DNA of 64,000 bases. It comes from Diadema antillarum. Its lineage: Eukaryota. The notes under the pieces were generated by a model. It did not search any database. It had not been told where the DNA came from and saw only the letters and a list, made by a program, of their open reading frames with translations. The position numbers and the translations under genes were made by a program. The stretch covers positions 682,001-746,000 of the forward strand of contig NW_027271324.1 in assembly GCF_040938485.1 (NCBI RefSeq), written 5' to 3'. Shown here piece after piece: positions 50,193-63,368 of this stretch. The first letter of the stretch is position 1; each line of letters starts with the position of its first letter.

Positions 50193-52565
50193 TATGAAAG
50201 TTTTCTTTTTGTTTGAATGTTAGCATTGAGCTGACCAATGTACACGCAATTATTGAATGCTTACGCAATCACGTTTATACAGAAGTCGATATGATTTTTT
50301 TTTTAATTTCTGTTATTCTATACCAAATACATTAAACTGCACACCCTTCACTCATGATAAAAAAAGAATAGCCAAGCGCATATAATCAAAACATCAAGCT
50401 GCAATATAATGTTCCACTGACATGAAAAAAACCCCACATCATTGTGGAAGGGATTTTTGTTTTATTAGAATATCCTGTGCCTTTTATACGAAAATTGGGT
50501 TTTCCTGTCAGATGGAAATGATATCTCCATGATTGAATCTGGACTATACTCTGACAAAAACCCTCACGAGGAACCTTATAAATCATACACACATGATTAT
50601 TACTGATGCTGACAGTTTCGAAAATCCCATAACGTTTGACAAGTCGATAAGCCTAGCAGCATCTACATAGGATGATAAAATGAAGCAAAAATGTGTATCA
50701 TCTTATATGTTCATCATTAATTTTACTGGCATAGTCAACCACAAAGAAAACAGGTACACTGAGATATTCAATTCCAATGCAGTTAAATTTAATTCCATTT
50801 TCTTTAACAAAACAGGATATTTCACCTTCTTGTATACAAATCTATAATGCTGCTTTGCAATAATTTTGTATTATTTGGATATGGGAACAAATATATTAAA
50901 ATGAAAGGAAATGAAAATGACATATAACATAATCAAAAATTTTATTAGGGATCCAATAGACAATTAAGGACAAGGTTCTTATGTTTCGAAAACAGACGAT
51001 ACATTTAATTACGTCATAATGATCTTCTTGATGACGCCATCGTTGTTAAGAAATGTCCTTTATCACTTATCATTCTTGATTTCTTGAACACCCTTTAAAT
51101 AATTTTTACTGAGGGGTTTTTTTTTTGTGCCAGGGTAATGAGAAAAACCTTTCCAAGTGAAACTTCAGCTTTTATCTGTGGCAATATCGCTATTAAAAAA
51201 AGTAGTCGACAAAGGATGTTGACTGTCTTTGACCATTAAAGAGGAAAAAAATCAAAAGAGTAAATTGAAATATTTTGGGTCTATCCGAAGAAACGGAACA
51301 CGCACGAGGAGGCCCAAGTGGCGACGACAATCTTTGAAGAGCTCACAATATATAGAAGAATAGATTACGAAATTTCATCTCGTCAAGAGTAATGCCTGCT
51401 GCCATTGACAATTGACAGTTTAATCATTTTGCGTAATGGAAGGCACCGTTGACATATAACCTTCGTGACTGAAAGTGCGCGATCTGTGTTATCAAAGCCA
51501 ATGATCCTCCCTATTTCAGGGGCTAGCATTATAGCAATGATCGGTCTCTCTTGTGTGGAGAAAAAAAAAGCTTTACAAAGTCATTTTTTTTCAAATAGGT
51601 CTCCTTTATAGATTGTTTTGCAGTTCATGACTATTCATGACTATATTCCTTCGCCCTGTTGTTTCAATTTCAGTGTCTCCAAATTCTTTTGTTTTATCTG
51701 TACATTTCGACCGATTCTATCTTTTTTATCCAGCTTGTCAGTGTGCATGGTGTGTAAAGAGCTATATGTGTTCATGCTTATCGATTTTTTTCTTTCAACA
51801 TAGAAAAAGAAAATCGTCACATGCATTATTCTGACAAACAACATTTGCAGTAAGTATCCCTCAACACTTGAAAAATCGGATCGAAGTCAAGCGGGAGGGA
51901 AATGTGTAAAAGATGGTTTGTATATCTAACCAGAGTGTTATGCAAAAGTTTACCATCTGACATAACACTTTTAGGCCCTCAAAAGATCACCCCATCCCCG
52001 AAAGAGAAAAAAAAGTCTTTGTCCTTGTTGTTGTTGTTGCTGCTGTTGGGTTTTTGTCTTTCTTCAAAATATCAAGAATTAGTTCTGGGTCGACAACGTT
52101 TACTGTGATGTGCGCGTATTATTGAAGAACCATAGAATACAATTTCATAATCTTATGTGCATGTCGGTTTTTTTTTTTTTTTCTTTCGGCGGGGTGTGGG
52201 ATGGGGAACATTATACACAATTTACCCCAAAAGATAATAATACTATACACCTGATTTTCTGTAGGTTGCCAAAGTCTTCGTACGTTTCCATTGCTCGGAC
52301 CATTATCACACCCCACTGCAGCACAACCTTTAATTCACGTCTAACGACGATGATGCAAGGATGATGTACTAAGTCCGATAGAAAAAAAGATGAACTTCAA
52401 ATAGCTGATTCGTCCAGTCTGGCGGCTTGCTCGAGTGCGATAGAGCCCCACACATTCGAGGTGCACGGGGCACTAGCCGTTGTTGCAGACAGATCTCGGA
52501 GATTTATCTTATAGACCGATTCTGTGACGCGCTATGTGTATTTTTGGCATGGGCAGCGCCATTAA

Positions 52566-52774
52566 GGAGGTGTCTCAGCCGACCCCCCCCCTCCTCTCTC
52601 CCCACCCCCTTCCGCGCGCGGAATGAAAAAACTGATGCATGGTCGTTTTAGCCAATAGGAGTCTCGTACTGAGTGCGCGAATGCTTGCTTAGTGCGCGAA
52701 CCTTTGTTACAAGTGCGCGATAAACGTATTGCCCGGGGGGTGGGGGAGAGCAGGGGGGTCGGCTTAGACACCTC
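52566..52774. mobile_element. Kolobok-like MITE (~210 bp)
   Basis: TTAA-GGAGGTGTCTCAGCCGACCCCC on the left and GGGGGTCGGCTTAGACACCTC on the right. The right TTAA is not preserved. Confidence 0.55.
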
Positions 52775-53238
52775 ATGGCTGCTTCCAGTGCCATAAAATG
52801 TCTGCTGCCCTCAACGAACCCGAATCGGTCTATACTGGAGGTGAGTATTGCTGACCTATACTTCGGCGCTTGAATACTGCAAGTATAGCTGCAGTCTACC
52901 GTTCTTGGAATGAAATTCAAACATGGTCATTTCATGTTACTGAAAACATCGTATTAGTCTAGATGGACAATCTGCTAGCAGTTAAGGTATAACGTTGCTA
53001 GTATTTGAATTTTTACTAGTTCTGGATCGGACTGGTACTACTAAAGTTTGGTGCTGTGATATTTTTCCGTAGTCTCCAACCCACCCATCTCGCTCAGGCA
53101 TGACATTTACGTGTGGTTTGTTGGTGTCATCAAAGAGCAAGTATATGAGTTGTAGCTCCGTTGTGTCACTTTCAAGCTCAACCATACTATTACATACATT
53201 ATGCACACACACAAAAAAAAAAAAGGGGGGGGGGGGGA

Positions 53239-54456
53239 AGTAGTATATATACGTACCCGTTGGGACCCCAAAATCCTGCCGATCCTGCAGGATCGGAAGG
53301 ATTATGAAATATGAATATGGATATGCGATATTCATATAAAACATGAATATGAATATGCAATATTCATATTCATGTTTTTGAATATCTATGAAAATGAAAT
53401 AAGAATTCTAGATTGATATTATTGGAATGATTATTTGAATTTGTTTTGGTTATGATGTCACTGATTTTCAGGGAAATTCCCTCCATTTTCTTTTTCCTTA
53501 TCGTGTGTAAGTAATCATTCAAAAGATTATACATATTACAATATGAATTATGATTTTTTTTCTTCAAAGTTTGAATTTTTTTTTAACCCAAACAGGTATG
53601 TTCAAGATTTTGCAAACACATATCGCTTGAAATATGATAAATAATTATGATAAATAATAAATATTACAAAAATATTTATGAAAACAGAAAGACGAAAATA
53701 TGAATATTTAAGATGTAATACCTGTCTATCCATAATATTAACGATCTGTGAGGCTGTATACAGGCTCAGAATGTATAGGGGGTAATCAGGAAATTAGGTC
53801 ATTAACACGCATGATGTAACTTCCGTGTTTTTTACTGGCGGTAGATTTGAACATGGCTTAGCTGTGGTGATGGTGAATTATGAAGGCAGATGAATTCTAC
53901 AATCTACAACTTAAATGTGTGTTAAGTGTTTATTTTTTGCTGGTACATGTTCAGTTTTGTTTAAATGTGTTTACTTCTATTATGTAGAAATGAGAGTATA
54001 GCTATAATTTTAGGAGACGTGAAAAAAACAACTATATATCCCACAAAGATTAATTTCCCTTGAAACATAGACAATTTATGAATACTAAAGTACTAAGTCG
54101 CTATTCACCAGTATAATTGTCCGTGGAATAATGACAACTATAGGCGAAAATGGAATATTGTAAAGTTTATGAGAGAGAACGATGAAAATTTGTATATGAA
54201 TTGAGACATAATTGACGCAGAACTATGAGTTCTGCAAGTTCAGAATGCATAGTGATATGTGTTTTAGTGAGGCAGAACACTCCGCATTAACAAATATGAA
54301 GTCACTTGCACTTCCTCGTTCTCTGGTGACAGTGGATTTGAACCTTATAGATGATTCTATAGGCCCTACGTATTTACGCGTAATCTTTCATAACATGTAA
54401 TTACCAATTCACCCGTGTATTCATGTTGGAACTGTATTTATGTGCGCGTGTTTGGT

Positions 54457-54489
<33 letters not shown>

Positions 54490-54544
54490 GTGTCCACACC
54501 CCTTATAATTACGATAGTTAACTGAAATATGTTACGCCGTATGA
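53239..54544 (+). repeat. Left terminal inverted repeat (verified part 53875-54544; 53239-53874 inferred)
   Basis: Reverse-complement match to 63259-64000; identical 62-aa chance ORFs at 54212-54400 (+) and 63475-63663 (-). Confidence 0.8.
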
Positions 54545-57524
54545 CGCTTTAAACTTGGAAAGTGTTGTAGTAACGACAAAGTTGACTAATGGATTGTGCG
54601 AAATGATGCAGCTTGCTGTTTCAATAATGAATACAAATCTTCTTGTTTTCCATGAAATTCGAACAAATAACGAAGGACTTTTGATATATTAGTGAACTGT
54701 TCAAAGACACCAAAATATCGATATTAAGTCATATTATATCATCAAAAAGATCAGTGATTATGCAGTTTATATTATTTGGCGTATATAATTATGTTCTCTC
54801 TCTGCAGCGCATATTTCTTGATTGGGAAAATTTTGAATATTGGGTAATATCATCAGAATTATCCTCTCTTTATTTTAACGTTTGAAACTGATGTAATGAG
54901 CAACAACGTTTACATGTTAGACGTTTCCCATATTTACACAGAAACTTTGCGATTGATGTAAACTGTGTTTGTGTGTGCTATATTATATGGCGGGTTTTAA
55001 TTTTCAAAACAACGTGTGAGGTATATTGAAAAAAAAATCAGTATGTTAATTATATACGAGTATACCACTATTTATTTGATTCGAAAAAATGGAATTAGAG
55101 AAGATTCATTTTTATACTCCATGAAAAAAGAAATGTATTATAATATTGTTCAATTCGCAATAAAAGGTGCAAACTCCACAATGATCACACAAACATAACA
55201 TGCCATAAACATCCAACAGAGCATAAACAGATACAGGAATTATAATCACAAGAAAAGACCAACAGTTTCTTTTCATTTGAAGTATTTATTTTATTTTGCT
55301 ACTTTGTATACATAAGATTTCTCTACGCAATACCATTCCAAGATTTCCACAACATAAAACTAAAGACTGCTGATAATACTTGAGAATATACAACAATAAA
55401 AAACTAATTTGAATTGTAGTCTGAAGCTCAAGTCATACAGTATAAAACTTTAAATTGGACAAATAAAACAGTATCAAATCATGTTAACAATGTAAATGTA
55501 ACACATAACTAAAATATTCTAACATTACCTGAAAAAATAAACTTACAGAAAATAACAATGCAATGTGCCTCCTATAGAGGGACTGAATAAAAAAAAAAAT
55601 GAAAAGTTGCACAGTACGAACGATCTGGTCAAAACAAATTTTACATATAAATCGAGATGTTGGTGTAATCTAGAACCACTTCATGAGAAATGTTGATACG
55701 CTGAATCTGGCATTTCGTTATCAAACTAACTGACATATAAATCAGAAGAAAATGACTTATTCGCTTAGTCATTGACGTCTTTCCTTGTAAAAATTTTAAA
55801 GCAAAATATAACAAACCAAACAATTTCTTTGATACTGAAGCATTGTTTAGAATTTAAATCACGCATGCTCACAATTTAAAACACAATAATCTGTATTTTT
55901 ACTGTTTATTATTTGTATATCAAAATATATGCAGACTTTAACAACCTAAAACAATAAAAACAAGTATTGTCCATGTAGGAAAAAATTATTTGTGTTTCCC
56001 TTTTATCAGTAAAATAAAACTCTTATATGTGTCTTACTTGAAATATCAATAACATAACAGTTTTTTTTGTTCTTTTTTTGTACAAAGTTTATTCTGTGTT
56101 GTTTTTTTTTCTGTTACTCAGTTTTGCAGACACAAAATAACATCGTAGGGGCAAATGCATTAAGACAATAACACTCACATTAATTTGTTATTGTAGTGAA
56201 ATTTTAAAAATGAAATTTACAGGTACAGATCAGGACCAATCGTATTAAGTCAACAGCATTTACATTTCTTGAAGCAAAAGTTGTTGAAATTAGTTTGAAG
56301 TTCCCATTCATCATGCAAAAAGTTTGAATTCGTAGATAAAAGTACACAATATTTGTACATATACAAGTAGTAAACTAAATTCACAATTCTAGAAATGGCA
56401 GACCATTACTTTAACAAGAGATAAAGATAATTAGTAAAGCAAGTATCATTCGTACGGAGTGTTATCGCTTTTTGTCTTATGAAATAAAACCAACATTCAT
56501 CAATATTTTGTATATTTTGTTACGTTTAATAGTTACACTCGTGCAAATCATTAGATAACTGAAACGAATACTTGCGATATAACATTTGTTATTAAAATCA
56601 AACTATTTTTTATAACCTATTTAAAACTTGACATTTACACATTCAACTCAGTTATATTTGAAAATTTTAGTCAAAATAAACTGCAAATACAGCAAACAAA
56701 ATCATCTTCACATTAAATAATTTTACATAAAACTTATGAATCATAAAACTTTATAACAACTTTTGAAAACCTAAAACGTCACACCGTAGGACTATTCTCT
56801 TGGCAATTTAAAAATAATTTCATGAGTCAAATACGTTTAACATCTTTGATCGTTACTTTATACTTAATAATTGAAATATTTCAAAGCAGATACTCCAACA
56901 CTAAACAGTATAAGTCAATAGAAAAAAAATGCAAAGTAGCATTCATAAAGATGTTCATTTATGACTTTTACGAATCAAAAAATGCTTATTTAATTTTGAT
57001 TTGACTTCGTTATTTATAGTTTTTCATAGCATTTGTTTGCTTTACTCTGCATAATCGTATTTCATTTCTTCCTCGTGTTAATTACGTAACTAAGATGAAA
57101 TTTACATTTGTTATATTCGGCATTTTGATATAAAGTTACATTATATGTGTCAAAAATTTACCCAGAAAATGCAGCACTCATCAGTACCATCTTACAATTT
57201 TATTAGAGTCTACAAAATCTTATTGATTATTGATTACATAAATATCACATGAATATTGCTGATAAGATACAGTTTCCTTGGTTAATCACGGACAATGTCG
57301 TATAAGACAATGCACTTTATTCAAAAAAAAAAAAACATGTTCCAAAATAGAATCTAAAGACAAAAAAATTATGTGAAAATACAGCGAAGAAAATGTTAAT
57401 TGATATTTGTCGTCATGACGTGAGTGACATTGCTATTTGCACTAACCACAACAAAATGTGATATCACTGTACCTTGGGTACAAATGTACCTAAAATGGCC
57501 AAAACTGGGGTAAGTTGTTTATCT

Positions 57525-60500
57525 TTAGATATCTAAATACGTGGTTGAGACATTATCATCAAGTACTTTTCGTTTGGGGTAAAAATATGTAAAGGCATTT
57601 CTTGCCTGTGAGTAAGTAGAGACACCATTGCCAACTACACGAAAGCCAGTATTCACACCACCAGCAGCCACTCTAGATCGCAGAACCTTCAGATACACAT
57701 CTTTCGTTATGTCATTCTGTTTCTTACTGATACCTTTACAACTGAACTTGTCTTTCCCACCGAAGCAATAATACGTTTTACTACAAAGTGCCACGATACC
57801 ATCACCCTCCCACTCAACTTTGAAGAGTCCCGGAGTGCGCTTATCGTATTTTGCATTTTCTGCTGTATCATTGCGGGGAAACCAGTTACATTTGTCCATC
57901 TCATACTCTTTTCTCAGGTGTGGTTTAATGAGATCATCAATGGAATAAGCAGAAATGGCCATGTATGCGGAATCTGTATCCATCTCACATAGTTGAAAAT
58001 CGGATGGGTCAATATATTTCACAAGGAAATCGTAATAAAATTCGAGCATACGCAGTTTTGCCAACTGGTACACTGCATGCCCGATTTGTACCGGAAGATC
58101 CATTCTTATCTTCTGTTTAGCCATCTCCACCTCGTAACAGTTTTCTGATATTGGGTTCAAATCTCTGTAGAGGATATTGTTGATGTGTTTTTCAGCTTTA
58201 CGTTCATCGCAAATTTTGACATTCCGATGTTTTAGTTTGTTTGTGATTGTCTTGCCGTAAGACGAGTTACCAATCAGCTTCATGGTATCGGCGATGATGC
58301 TCTTGGATGGGTCTACATCTCCTGCGCGCCGTGCATTTGACACATTCTCACCAAAACTCTTGAAACAAGGCTTTGGTTCATACTCCACACACTGAGAGAT
58401 TTTGGTAACTACTAGGCCATGCTGCAGATACCATATGAGCAGGGGAGTAAACAGCAAGATATTCTCACCAAACATACTACCGATGAGACTACGACGAGGA
58501 GTCTTCATGATTCCATGCTCCTCTGCGTATGACTTCATCACATCTCCAATATCATCCCTACTGATACTAATATTTTTGAAAATGGGGCACATCTCCGAAA
58601 AGTACTGTTTGAGATGGTCGGGGACATGGATATCGCATTGGACAAAACCAAACAATGTTCCAGCCGAAATGGCAGATAAAAGTTGAGGTTGTGTCATGCC
58701 ATTACGGAACTTTGGGGGTGGAAATTTTTTGGAAAGAAATGCGCTTAATTCGGAATCATATTTGCGCAAATTCTTGTATTCACACTCCCAGATAGAAATG
58801 TATTCATAACCAAGACTTTCTATGTATTGCTGTTTCTTCCGGGTTTTCTTCATTAAATCTTCCATTGATGTCCCTAACGTTTTGTTGTGTGATTGGCCCT
58901 TTGTGAGGTGGCAAGGGTGCCCGTGAAAATAACAACCATGAAATTCAAAAACTTGATTGGTTGTTGAACAGAACCCATCTACCGGAAGCTGGAGTGGTCC
59001 TAGCTTTTTCTCGGTATGATTCCCAGCGTGACGAATGGGTATACCTCTACAATATCCCTCGTAATCTAACCATTCCTGTGCTATGGGGTGTCTGTTTTCT
59101 GGCCTAAAATCATTCTCTAATCTCCTCCTAATATAGTGACCAGTGGGCATATGCTGCATAATGGAATACAGATATAAAGCATTCGCATCGAAGCCGATTA
59201 TTTTCTGACAAGGTTTCCCACCGCGAATTTTGGTCACGTGCTTCTCATGGTAACGATGAAATATGATAGATGGTCCCCCTACTAGGTTGTCACGAAAAGT
59301 GTAGTACAAGTCTTTGTCTTTATCCGAAATTAAACTGAAATGGGCATCTGGATTACATTTCATGAGGTATTTCATTGTAAGACCGGGTACTGATATGCCG
59401 TCTTTGAATAGATCAATAGTCAGACCCTTGTAGAACTCTCGCATTTTCTCAATTGCCTCGATAAATGGTGTAACGTCTAGGTTATTATACCATACCAGAT
59501 AATCTCTAAGACAAGTCATCTTATTTTCTTCCCATACACGCTTGCAATAGTGGTACTGTTCATCCGAAAAGCGGGTGCCCTTAAGATTGTCTTTAAAAGC
59601 CTCGATAGTGGGTAGTTCAGTTAGGTTTAATTTATCGAGTGAATCAACCCAACCGTGGGGAAAGTATCCTTTACTTTCTTCGCAATCGTATGCTTTGAGG
59701 AATGCTGCGTATGAAAAGCCGGGAGCGAGAAAATTTGTTATGTCAAGAAACTGGAGGTTGTTAGTTTTAACGGCCATATGGTTATGATTCCTCTTGATGA
59801 CATAACTGACAGGGTCCTTTTGCAAGAGGGAAGGATAGAGATATTGTTTGATTACATTTATATCGTACCTCCCCGAATTAAATCCTACTACGGGGAGTTC
59901 CGACAGATAGTTCAGAAATTTATCCATCAATTTAGTAAGATGTTTAGGTTCCTTACATTTTTGGTCCCCTGATTCACTGAGGCGCTTTGTAACTTCGGCC
60001 AATTTCTTTTGCAACAAATCAATGACATCAGAGTATGTGGATCTCAGTAAAGAGAAGGAGCGTTGGCTAACCTCTAACAAGTATGTGACCATACCATCGA
60101 TCAGTTTTTGCGGATCTCCATCTGACACGAGGCAAAATGGAGTGGTATAATCAGGGACGTTAGAATTGACACTAACACTCATAGGAATGTGTCTGGAAGT
60201 GTACTGTAATTTACCGGCCGCAACATCTTGGCAACTTTCTATTTTTTCCAAGTATGATTCCATATCAAATGTAGCGAAATATGGAAAATACTTGCGTTCT
60301 TCATCCACCTCAATACCTTCATCTGCTAGGTCTTCCCAGATACTTGGCGAATTATGAAAAGTTGCCCTCCCTTTATTTGGAAAGATGTACGCGGTTCCCG
60401 ATGCATCACAAATGGTCTCGTGGCGATGTAGTGACTTTCGCGTTTTCCAAAGCTTGTGACATTTTCTGCACTGGAAACTTTGGCAGTAGCGTTCAATATC

Positions 60501-61462
60501 AGTAATGTAGCTAAAATGATTGCCGTAGAGATTTACGTACATAGTATCATCATACTTTCCTAAACTACGTCGTACAAGCTTAGCTACAATTTGACCTTCA
60601 TTTGACACTTCCTCGTCAGACTCACCTTCAACATACTCATCATCGATAGATATGCCACTAAAATTCTCTTTTTCATCGGATGTGTTAGCAGTTTCCAATT
60701 CATATACAGATATGTTGATTTCAAACTGATCTTCAACCTCCCCCAATTCACCCAGTCTCACCCCTTCAAATTCTTTAATGGATACATCTGGTCTGTATTT
60801 CCAAAGCAATGCCTTAGTAGCTGATTCTAGCTTTTTACGATTACAACCCATATTTAATGCAATACACCTGAATAAGCATAGATTATCATCGTAGAAGCAT
60901 CCAGTTTTCAGATTTTTACACAATGATATAACTGCGTTATTGTCTTTGATGTATGATGGGAGATCGTTACCTTTGCCTATTGGGTGATCTACCAGCCGAG
61001 ATATGTAAAATGTGACATTGGTGACATGCTGAACCACCCACTTGGAATTGGGGCGAAGGGAACGAGCATATTCTAGTGTGTCTTCATGCAAGAGAGCATC
61101 AACGAATGCCTGGAAAGATACCTGATCCCTAACCAAAAACGGCTCATTGAACAATTTGGTGTTTCTACTGGCATAATAATATCTACATTCATTTGTTTCA
61201 TTGTTTAATAGAACGAAACCAAAAGATGTGTTAACCTTAAATGTACAACACTGTTGATTAAATACTGACTCAGCCTTTTGCTTAAGTGTTTCGTTGTTAA
61301 GACTTGGTATATGGAAGTTGTACCACCGGTAGATTCTAGCTTGCGTTGACTGCCGATCCCGAATCTCATTCCAGTGTTGTTTGTACATCTGCCCCAGACA
61401 GCCTTCTGGATCCACGTGAGGAGGAAGATCCACCGCTGTAATATTGTGTTGAGAATTTCTCT
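57525..61462 (-). CDS. polB: Protein-primed family B DNA polymerase (Polinton-type pPolB), main exon
   Basis: 1302-aa uninterrupted ORF. ExoI FATFDMESY, ExoII GFNSGRYD, ExoIII YNNLDV, motif A GFDANALY, motif B KLIGNSSYGK, motif C MDTDS, C-terminal PGLFKVE..SKTY..KGI. OTU-like DNLCLFRC...GNHFSY, and a Vsr-like nuclease insert VDG..VFEFHGCYFHGH..IWECE. AATAAA on the minus strand at 57316-57321. Confidence 0.95.
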
Positions 61463-62046
61463 CTAAAAAGACGCAAATAGAGGAATGTATGAGAGATTTT
61501 ATGCAATTTCAATACATTGCAATTTGAATACAGATTCCCAAATTAAGTGTGCATGCACTTTGACCTTTGCTAAATACTATTTGTGATTTTGTATACGAAA
61601 CAGATTAATGCTGATTCTGACTAATATTGCTAAATACTCTACAGCAGAATCCCTGTTCTTCAGCTTCATTCAATAATGTACAGTTTGCCTTAATAGCGAA
61701 CTTACCTTTGTGTTTAGCCTAATCGTGTAGTAGGTGGAGAATAACCTCCATACTGTATTCAATCGTGAATAAATCATATAGATCGTATAGTATGAATTAA
61801 TTGTAGTTTATGATACTTAATTTTGAATTTGTTTACAGCTACTGCATGGGTTTTGACACCAAGTCGACGAATGGAATGGTTACAGTTGTAAAAAAAAAGT
61901 TACAGATATATAATACTGGAGTATTTAATCTAAATTCAATTAAACTTGTTATTTGAAAGGTAAATCCAAACATTTTATGACAATTCGCAATCGTGTTATT
62001 TCATAATACAAAAGAGGTTAACATGTTATTGCATGTTTGTACTTAC

Positions 62047-62518
62047 TCGTGGATATATGAGGTGTTTCATTCTGTGACTTTCGTTTTCGTGAAGTTGTTG
62101 AAGGGATTTGTCTATGACTGTCCAAGTGTTTCAAGTACTTCTTTCTCTGGTCAAAGACTCGGCCGCAAGTATGGCACACAAAAGTTTGAATGCAAGTATG
62201 GCAGCTTGATTTGTGCTTTTGAAGGTCTCCTTGTGACAAAAACAATGCGTTGCATTCGTTACACTGGAAACGTTGATCATCACTGTCCTCTGTGAGTACT
62301 GATGGCTGGTCTTGAGCGCTCTTGGCAGCACTGTGAAATTTCTTCCTGTGTTGCTTAAGATTGTCGAACCTCTTGAAAGTTGTACCACATGTATCACACA
62401 CGTATAGGATTTGCTGACCATGAGACATACGTTTATGACGCATCATATTTGATTTAGAGGAAAATTTCCCCGCACAAATTTCGCACGTAAACTTGTCATC
62501 ATCATTATCAGGATCCAT
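62047..62518 (-). CDS. Four-C2H2 zinc-finger exon, probably 5' exon of the pPolB gene (predicted fusion 1469 aa)
   Basis: CEIC..H..H, CDTC..H..H, CNEC..H..C/H and CHTC..H..H. Donor ACG A|GTAAGT at 62047/62046 and acceptor CTTTTTAG|AG at 61463/61462 are phase-compatible (A+AG = Lys). Confidence 0.8.
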
Positions 62519-63258
62519 GGCTAAGTTGTAAGCAAAAAAAAAAAGAAAAAAAAAAGGTGTGACTCCTTCAATCCTGCTACTTAATATATTTCGTTGTAGT
62601 GGTCAATTGGCATGTTACCTCGACAGGAACATAACTTAAAGTGGGAATGAGAGACACCACCACCTGCTTTTATTCAAACATACCGCCAAGTCCATGACCA
62701 AGGATATGATGTCATACATCTAACTAGACATGTCCTGACCTGCATGGGTGTTGTTCATTGGAGCGTGATACAAACACATCTCACCCAAGGCACTAAGGAT
62801 GTGTCATAATTATTATGTAACCCAAGCTGAAGTTTAAGAGCATTGAGTTACATGCAAAACACTATTTGTACTAATAGTTGTATAATATCGGAGAATGTAA
62901 AACGTCTATTACCAGACTGCAACAACAGTCAGGCATCAATAAGCGACTGCAACTGAGAATATCCCACATACATTGCTTTTATCAACACATTTTGTAAGTT
63001 TTGTAATAATAGAATGATCTAATTGTCTTTAGTGAGTAGGACTAATAGGAAAAAAAAAACATTTGAAAAAAAAAACAGCTGTGTAGACCAGAACACACTC
63101 TTAAACAGAAGGCTATTACCAATCAAACATGAGAAAGTAAAAGTTCAAACTCAGTAGTTGGCTACTGATTACTAATTTACTTTATTCATTGTTAAAAATA
63201 TTATTACTTGTTATTCATCAGTGTGTTTATCACAAACACACAGTTAAACCTCGAAGGT

Positions 63259-63328
63259 TCATACGGCGTAAGCTATTTTAGTTAACTATCGTAATTATAA
63301 GGGGTGTGGACACCCAATGCACACATGA

Positions 63329-63368
<40 letters not shown>

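Noticed and set aside
54212-54400. Identical 62-aa ORFs at 54212-54400 (+) and 63475-63663 (-)
   Set aside because: TTG start, no motifs, and duplicated only because they lie in the TIRs. Used as evidence of TIR identity, not as genes.
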